Shown: in pieces, positions 58,153 to 64,000 of the stretch | Layout: the number at the start of each line of letters is the position of its first letter | Numbering within the stretch: the first letter of the stretch is position 1 | Virus record (IMG/VR): IMGVR_UViG_3300026292_000003 | Span: 1 to 64,000 of that record | Reading direction: 5' to 3' (one strand) | DNA length: 64,000 nucleotides | The notes under the pieces: model-generated | Told to the model about the DNA's origin: nothing | What the model saw: only the letters and a program-made list of their open reading frames with translations | Database searches by the model: none | Program-made: the position numbers and the translations under genes

Positions 58153-59116
58153 CGAAGATTTATACGAGTCAATAGAACATCCAGACTTTTTTAATGCAGA
58201 ACAATTACTCTTTATTAAAAATGGTTATAAAAGTTTATATAACGATGTAATAAAAGATATAGAATATAACGATGATACTGAGTATGTAAGAATTGAAGAA
58301 GCGAACTTTACAAGATCACCAATTAATAAAAGATTAAATTGGGGACAAATTGGAGCATCGGTTCGTGATAAAGAATCGCATGATAGCAAAAGATTTAAAC
58401 AATTATCTTTTCAAAGAAACAAACCAGGCTTTGAGTTTGTTGACAACTTAAATGAATGGACTAGTACCATTGTTAGTATAATGGAAAAAAGATTTGAAGA
58501 AATAGGAAGACCTGCAAAAGTTATGGATATTGCATTTCATAATTTTAGTCAAGGTTTACGAATACATTGTGATGGACAAGATATTTTAACTGAACTAAAA
58601 AATTCAGTTCCAAGACCAGCACATCATCCAAATTATGCAATAGAAGAATATGCACCAAAAGAAGGTGGAACAAAACACGCCCATCAAGGATTAGTTAATT
58701 TAGATGCACAACCAGGAAAAGCAACAATTATTTTTGATCAATGGTTTCCATACAGTACATATTATGATATTACAAATGATTTAGATAATTTAGATGAAGC
58801 AAAAAGACCAGTTATAACATTTGCCAAAGGTGATGATTTTGAAATGTTTGGTGAGCATATAAGAGAGCTAACAGGTAAACCTTTTAACAGGCGTACTTGG
58901 ATGCAACTAATCGCACCAGAATTTCATTTACAATTTCCACCAGAAATGTTTCATGGATTGACACTTAATAAAGTATTAGATTTTGGGGAACCAGGACAAT
59001 TAATATCTTGGGATAATAAACGATACCATATGGCAAAACCTTTTATGTTATGGGGAAACCATGGTATAGGACAAGAAGATAGACTAATGTTACAATACGA
59101 AAGTTTATGTTTGTAG
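58136..59116 (+). CDS. 2OG-Fe(II) oxygenase-like protein
   Basis: IHCD (HxD) ... GQLISWD..RYH ... DRLML (distal His and Arg). Confidence 0.6.
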   Translation: MSKFYNEDLYESIEHPDFFNAEQLLFIKNGYKSLYNDVIKDIEYNDDTEYVRIEEANFTRSPINKRLNWGQIGASVRDKESHDSKRFKQLSFQRNKPGFEFVDNLNEWTSTIVSIMEKRFEEIGRPAKVMDIAFHNFSQGLRIHCDGQDILTELKNSVPRPAHHPNYAIEEYAPKEGGTKHAHQGLVNLDAQPGKATIIFDQWFPYSTYYDITNDLDNLDEAKRPVITFAKGDDFEMFGEHIRELTGKPFNRRTWMQLIAPEFHLQFPPEMFHGLTLNKVLDFGEPGQLISWDNKRYHMAKPFMLWGNHGIGQEDRLMLQYESLCL

Positions 59117-59152
59117 TTAAATAAGGTAAATAATTTAGTAAATAATAGTACA

Positions 59153-59204
59153 ATCGTTCATCCTGTAGATTTCGGACGGAAGTAAGCGAAAGCTGAAGGA
59201 ACGC
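59153..59204 (+). ncRNA. glutamine riboswitch (glnA motif) aptamer 1
   Basis: AUCGUUCA-UCC..GGA-CGGAAGUA-AGC GAAA GCU-GAAGGAACGC matches the glnA three-way junction with E-loop. Confidence 0.85.
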
Positions 59205-59210
59205 ATTATC

Positions 59211-59259
59211 ATCGTTCATCTCGTAAGAGACGGAAGTAGGTAATGAACCGAAGGAACGC
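59211..59259 (+). ncRNA. glutamine riboswitch (glnA motif) aptamer 2
   Basis: AUCGUUCA-UCUC GUAA GAGA-CGGAAGUA-GGU..ACC-GAAGGAACGC. Confidence 0.85.
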
Positions 59260-59284
59260 ACTTAACTGTAAAAAGGAGAGTGTC

Positions 59285-59437
59285 ATGAATCACAGAGACT
59301 TTGAAATCGCTCGTAAAAAGAAGCGAACTGAAGAGGCACACAAAGCAATACATAGAAAGCAAATGGAAAGACCGCTATCTAGACCTCGTGCTGAGAAGAA
59401 CATCTTAAGCTCAGACCCTAAAATGCAAAAAATCTAA
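59285..59437 (+). CDS. small basic protein (50 aa) downstream of the tandem glutamine riboswitch
   Basis: AAGGAGAG RBS and ATG 59285; MNHRDFEIARKKKRTEEAHKAIHRKQMERPLSRPRAEKNILSSDPKMQKI. Confidence 0.75.
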   Translation: MNHRDFEIARKKKRTEEAHKAIHRKQMERPLSRPRAEKNILSSDPKMQKI

Positions 59438-59456
59438 TATTTTTGGTAAAAAAAGG

Positions 59457-59485
59457 TTGACCTTTAGGTAAAGTTAGTATATATT
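59457..59485 (+). promoter_or_regulatory. sigma70 promoter for the ncRNA
   Basis: TTGACC-17nt-TATATT. Confidence 0.7.
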
Positions 59486-59490
59486 ATAGA

Positions 59491-59708
59491 TAATACCAAC
59501 AGCGGATTGATCATCCAATGTTAATAGTGCAAGGAAGAGGCGTTTACCAGAGCGTCGAACTTGACTGTAAAGAGGTGGTACTCAGGCATGGTTGCAGAAA
59601 TGCGTTGTGTCACATCGCTCTACCGAGCGGTTGCAGGTTCCCTGGGTTAGAAATGGTATCTAGTCGAGGGGTTGAGGGTGTACCCAAGTCCCTCCTATTT
59701 TGGTATTA
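59491..59708 (+). ncRNA. ~220-nt structured ncRNA, manA-motif-like
   Basis: Promoter, paired ends TAATACCAA/TTGGTATTA, internal stems and terminator; GTGCAAGGAA..AGAGGTGGTRCTC..CTCTACC blocks recall the marine phage manA RNA (from memory). Confidence 0.65.
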
Positions 59709-59713
59709 GTATT

Positions 59714-59741
59714 AAAACCCACATTAATTGTGGGTTTTTTT
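59714..59741 (+). terminator. intrinsic terminator
   Basis: AAAACCCACA-TTAAT-TGTGGGTTTTTTT. Confidence 0.85.
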
Positions 59742-59844
59742 ATGGCCATACGTTAAAACGCAATCTAACATAGCAAAATGCATAAATACATATATAATTT
59801 TAACTAATTAAAATATGGAAGTAGAAAAATAGGAACAGTATATT

Positions 59845-60450
59845 ATGTCATCACATATTAATCCAGACGCAGGGCGTCTAATTATAGAAAGTACACAAAA
59901 TCTAGACTTGACTGCAAGTCAAGCTAATATGCCTACAGGCGCATCTTTGTATAACAAAGGTGGAATGTTTAATGCTGGGCACCTGTACGTTCAAGGGACC
60001 CTTGTTGTTAATGGTGATATTATTACTTTAGGTAACAGTGGTGGGTCACTTACCTTGAACAGTAATATTAGTAGTGATGTATTACCAGATACAACTTCAG
60101 GTATTCAATACAACATTGGTAGTACAACCAAACCTTGGAATATTGGGTATTTTGAAAAAATAGTATCAAGTCAGAATCCAGCAACAGCAACAACAGATGT
60201 ACCATCAACAAAAGGAACAGTTCTTTTAGATGGTTCAACAAATACATCTTTAGCACTAGCCAATGGAACTGTAGGTGAACGTAAAACAATTATAGTCACA
60301 GCAACTCCATCAGGTACAATCACAGTTACTCCAGCAACAGCATTAGGATATACTAGTATATCATTTGCGGCCGTTGGCGATACTACTGAATTAGTTTACA
60401 CATCAAACGGCTGGTCTATTCTATCTATCTTCCGTGCAAACGTTACGTAA
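59845..60450 (+). CDS. virion structural/fibre-associated protein
   Basis: T/S/G-rich beta protein; late promoter CATAAATA at about 59781. Confidence 0.65.
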   Translation: MSSHINPDAGRLIIESTQNLDLTASQANMPTGASLYNKGGMFNAGHLYVQGTLVVNGDIITLGNSGGSLTLNSNISSDVLPDTTSGIQYNIGSTTKPWNIGYFEKIVSSQNPATATTDVPSTKGTVLLDGSTNTSLALANGTVGERKTIIVTATPSGTITVTPATALGYTSISFAAVGDTTELVYTSNGWSILSIFRANVT

Positions 60451-60510
60451 GCAATTTTAATACGTTAATACAAAAACGCAAGAGCGGCGAGATTGTGAGG
60501 AATAAGAATA

Positions 60511-63500
60511 GTGGCTATTAATATAAACCATAGCATTGGAAAACTTAAATCAGATGACGAGTTAATTCTTGACGCAGGTGTAGGAAAAAATATTGATGTA
60601 TCTACAAAAATAATAAAAAATGCATCTGATCCAGTTGATCCTCAAGATTTAGTTACAAAAGCCTTCCTCGACGCAACCCTTGCAAATTTTGATTCAAGCC
60701 AAGATTCAGAAATTACAGCAGACCTTACTGATGTTTATGAAACAATAGAAAACGTAAGAAACAATACATATGTCAAATCAGTTGATTTTGTTTCAGATAT
60801 TACTTCTGGTGGTGCAGGTTTAACTGCAACACTTAATATTACAACTGAAGGAAATCCAAATAGATATACTATTTCTTGGGGTGACGGAGATGTTACTACA
60901 GCTACAACTGATAGTACTCCAACTCACACATATGCTGATAGTTCTGGTTCTCCATTTGACGTACAAGTTACAGCATTTAATAATCAAGGTACAGGTGCTG
61001 GTAGCACACAATCAAAAACAAGAGAAGATTATATTTCGATATTTACCGCCAACCCAGTAGTTAGCTTCGTCGCATATGACGCACTAACAGGCGGTTCACA
61101 GGTTACCACCTGGAATGACGGTGATACTGTCTACTTCCAAAATACAACAACGAACACAGCCGGAGCAACAGTCCAATACACTTGGAATTGGGGCGATGGT
61201 ACTGCGGACGATGTTATATCTGACAACTCCGTTTCAGGTGGTAGTGCTGGGCCGAGGATAGCTCACACGTTCTCGGCCAGCACACTCACAGACGTTACTC
61301 GTACAGTATCATTGACACTTGATGCACACGATACAATGACACAAAGTCTATTACCATTAAGTGGTAGTGACTTGTTTAAAATTTATGATACACATACACC
61401 AGATACAACTTCAGATATTACAACAGGTATTAATGAAGAATCATCTAATGGATTAGATGTTACCTTTACAAATAATACTGAAGCTACAGTAGGAAGTTAT
61501 GCAGATTATGGAATAACTTACAGATGGGATTTTGGTGATGGAACAATACAAACAGTCAATGTAGGTTCAGGTCAAGCAGGAGATACAGGTAGTACGATAA
61601 CACACAAATATACATTACCTACAAATAATGCACCTCAAGATTATACAGGTAATTTACAAGTAATAAGTGGACATACAAGTAGTCCATTTACAAGTTCATC
61701 TTTTACTATACACGTTGAACCAGATGTTAGAGCTAACATTTCAGGAACAGCAGTACATACATCAGATAGAAGTGGAGATAACCAGTTTGATGTTTATGAT
61801 GGGTTTGATTACTTAGGTAACAATAGAGCAATAGTAGAAGTAACAGATACTTCAGAAAATAAAGATAGTGCTGAGTTTGACTGGAATGATGGAAGTACAA
61901 ACGATACAACAACTACAGAAACACTTGTACAACACGACTTCTCAGGCAAAGCACCTGGCAATTATCAATTAGATTATACAGCTAGTGGTACACCAGATAT
62001 CACAGCTCAAACAGATACACAGAATTTAACTTTCCAAGTTAATGCAGTTCCTACTGCTCCAGATGGACTTGGAAATAAAACAATTTCACTAGTAGATCCT
62101 GCACAAGGTACAGATCCAAAATTAGCATATAATTTCACAGACAATAGTGCAACATCACCATTAACAGCAGGTGACGATTTGGATACAACTACTGCAAGGA
62201 GATATACAGGTGGAACACTTGACACGACAATAGCAGAGAATGCATACGATGGACTATCGGGAACTGTAACTGCAATAGTTAATGGTACCCCGAGTGGATC
62301 AAAAACCTTTTCTACTTCCCTCAACGAAACTGGTACATTTAATGATTTAGTGATCACTCAACAAGATGATGCTCACAATACAATAAGTGCTTCGACATAC
62401 CCAACTGGTTTCTACCAAACATTTGATTCAAAAATTTCTAAACCATTTGCAGAGTATGCTATTGGTGTTAATGATCAGAGAATAGAACATAGTACAACAG
62501 GTGAAACAAATTACGTAACTGTTATGTGTGATGACCTAACAGACGTACCTACACTTGATGATACTAGTTCTATTCTTTCTGAGAGTGTTTCAGGAAATTA
62601 CAGATACATATCAGGTATACCATACTATAATACAGGAAATCCAAAATTAACTTTATCAGGATTAAGTGTAACAAATTGGATAGGACAAGCATATAGAGAT
62701 ACTAGTAATGTTTTAGAATTTAGTAATGGTACTAATTCAGAAGGTACTACAGGCGGAACAATTCAAACACAATTTGCAAGTTATGCAGATTTAGAAGATG
62801 CTACATATCTAGTAAATGGTGTACCAACAGCTAATACATTAAGTTATTCATTTGCTGATCAAACTATTGATATTACACAATCAAACATAGCGGCAGTTGA
62901 AACTATCAAAGCTAGAATTAAGAATGTTAATGGATCAAGTAGCTATAAAGAATTTAATACAAAAGTACAAGTACACAGATCTAATCCAACAGGTGTAATA
63001 GAAGATAGTATACCTGTAGCAGGTAGTTTAGGTAATGGAGCAATAACAGACAATGCAATACGTATAGCAGATTTTGTTTCAGATGGTACAGACAACCCAA
63101 CAATAGTAGGTGCAACAGATTATACAGCTACACCATTTACAGGTGCAGTAAGTGTAAGTGGAACACAAGAAGCAACTGTACGTTGGGGAACATTAGAACA
63201 CAATACAACAGATTATTCAACTGGGTATCTTCCAGTTGGTCCTGATAGAAGTGCAGATACAGGAACACAATATTTTACATTCGCATTCCGTAGACAGGTT
63301 GTAGCTAATTTTAGTATTACAATTAATACAACTGGTATAAGTGGATTGTGGGTAGCGGCACCAGGTACTGCTATTGATTCAGCAAGTGGATTAAATGGTT
63401 GGATAGATGGAACAGCTCAATACGCAGGTGTTGGTGTACCAGGTAGTAATACAGCTTCAGGTGGTAACGGAGGAGACGGTTGTGCGTTAACAGGTGCAGA

Positions 63501-63654
63501 CGTTATTCCAACTAATACAAGTATTAACTCAACTTATACAATGACATTAGGTAGTGAGAATATGAGTAATGCAACTAACAATGTTGTACTAGTTAGAGTA
63601 GCATTAGAAGCAGGAAAACAAATTACTAACTTACAAATAGGGGAGTCTAGCTAA
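60511..63654 (+). CDS. PKD/Ig-domain virion protein (fibre or adhesin)
   Basis: Repeated WGDG/WNWGDG/WDFGDG/WNDG..H.Y PKD motifs; DPVDPQDLVTKAF fibre motif. Confidence 0.8.
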   Translation: MAININHSIGKLKSDDELILDAGVGKNIDVSTKIIKNASDPVDPQDLVTKAFLDATLANFDSSQDSEITADLTDVYETIENVRNNTYVKSVDFVSDITSGGAGLTATLNITTEGNPNRYTISWGDGDVTTATTDSTPTHTYADSSGSPFDVQVTAFNNQGTGAGSTQSKTREDYISIFTANPVVSFVAYDALTGGSQVTTWNDGDTVYFQNTTTNTAGATVQYTWNWGDGTADDVISDNSVSGGSAGPRIAHTFSASTLTDVTRTVSLTLDAHDTMTQSLLPLSGSDLFKIYDTHTPDTTSDITTGINEESSNGLDVTFTNNTEATVGSYADYGITYRWDFGDGTIQTVNVGSGQAGDTGSTITHKYTLPTNNAPQDYTGNLQVISGHTSSPFTSSSFTIHVEPDVRANISGTAVHTSDRSGDNQFDVYDGFDYLGNNRAIVEVTDTSENKDSAEFDWNDGSTNDTTTTETLVQHDFSGKAPGNYQLDYTASGTPDITAQTDTQNLTFQVNAVPTAPDGLGNKTISLVDPAQGTDPKLAYNFTDNSATSPLTAGDDLDTTTARRYTGGTLDTTIAENAYDGLSGTVTAIVNGTPSGSKTFSTSLNETGTFNDLVITQQDDAHNTISASTYPTGFYQTFDSKISKPFAEYAIGVNDQRIEHSTTGETNYVTVMCDDLTDVPTLDDTSSILSESVSGNYRYISGIPYYNTGNPKLTLSGLSVTNWIGQAYRDTSNVLEFSNGTNSEGTTGGTIQTQFASYADLEDATYLVNGVPTANTLSYSFADQTIDITQSNIAAVETIKARIKNVNGSSSYKEFNTKVQVHRSNPTGVIEDSIPVAGSLGNGAITDNAIRIADFVSDGTDNPTIVGATDYTATPFTGAVSVSGTQEATVRWGTLEHNTTDYSTGYLPVGPDRSADTGTQYFTFAFRRQVVANFSITINTTGISGLWVAAPGTAIDSASGLNGWIDGTAQYAGVGVPGSNTASGGNGGDGCALTGADVIPTNTSINSTYTMTLGSENMSNATNNVVLVRVALEAGKQITNLQIGESS

Positions 63655-64000
63655 TGGCAATTAGTGATAATCAAAAAATTGACTACCTATTTAAAAAGAT
63701 TGGTTATGGTGCGACTAAAACAGATACCAATGCTAATAAGTTGGCGGCTAACGAATCAATTCCAAGTCCGTTATTATTACGTGGTGATAAAGTTTGGGCA
63801 GAAGCTGGCAACGTTCCAGCAGTTAAACCAAATGCAGATACAACTGTAGTCAAGTTATATAATGCTGTTGAATGTACAGAAGATATAACGTCAACAGGAA
63901 ATAGAACTTGGAAAACTAATATTACAGATTGGATTACACCAGAGTTTGGTAGTACATATCTAGTAAGTGTTTATATACATGACGCAAATGATTCAGCAGG
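63654..64000 (+). CDS. virion structural protein, truncated by the window end
   Basis: ATG 63654 overlaps the previous stop; MAISDNQKIDYLFKKIGYGATKTD... stays open to the window end. Confidence 0.8.
   Translation, partial: MAISDNQKIDYLFKKIGYGATKTDTNANKLAANESIPSPLLLRGDKVWAEAGNVPAVKPNADTTVVKLYNAVECTEDITSTGNRTWKTNITDWITPEFGSTYLVSVYIHDANDSA

Noticed and set aside
59153-59259. Direct repeat that could be taken for a mini CRISPR array
   Set aside because: Only two units, the variable parts are internal paired stems, and there are no cas genes; it matches tandem glnA aptamers.
59243-59437. ORF-track start at 59243
   Set aside because: This ATG lies inside aptamer 2; ATG 59285 has the AAGGAG RBS.
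59518-59709. 63-aa ORF
   Set aside because: No RBS, atypical codon use, and it coincides with the structured RNA bounded by promoter and terminator.
2765-62357. Numerous short antisense or alternate-frame ORFs (e.g. 2765, 5950, 11815, 35626, 37948, 38736, 52342, 62007)
   Set aside because: They overlap well-supported genes, lack RBS or motifs, and have typical shadow-ORF composition.
60511-63654. Diversity-generating retroelement target in the fibre gene
   Set aside because: No reverse transcriptase and no template/variable repeat pair is visible in the window.
63664-63849. 61-aa ORF from the track
   Set aside because: Out-of-frame shadow of the real gene starting at 63654, which runs off the window end.

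Overview
AT-rich segment of a large T4-superfamily myovirus genome, probably marine and probably infecting a proteobacterium (inferred from the Hsp20/ROSE element and a PiT-like transporter). Order: small genes and structured non-coding DNA (1-4.3 kb); a minus-strand operon of 4 radical SAM enzymes, 3 glycosyltransferase-like genes and an SGNH hydrolase (4.3-15.4 kb); minus-strand fibre/baseplate genes including a 3499-aa wedge protein, gp6, gp25, gp5 and gp53 (15.4-38.6 kb); gp55 late sigma factor, gp47/gp46 and a GIY-YIG nuclease followed by a ~600-nt promoter-driven structured non-coding region (38.7-44.3 kb); a gp26-like/gp51-like pair with a -1 slippery site and two tape-measure-like paralogues; the head module gp20/21/22/23; an accessory island (PiT-like transporter, tRNA-Trp, PRMT-like methyltransferase, 2OG-Fe(II) oxygenase, tandem glutamine riboswitch with a small basic ORF, manA-like ncRNA); and PKD-domain fibre genes. 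The most notable items are the RNA-level elements (large ncRNA or origin beside the GIY-YIG gene, tandem glnA riboswitch, ~220-nt ncRNA, ROSE thermometer) and the radical SAM/glycosyltransferase operon. All calls come from motif recognition by eye; no searches were run.
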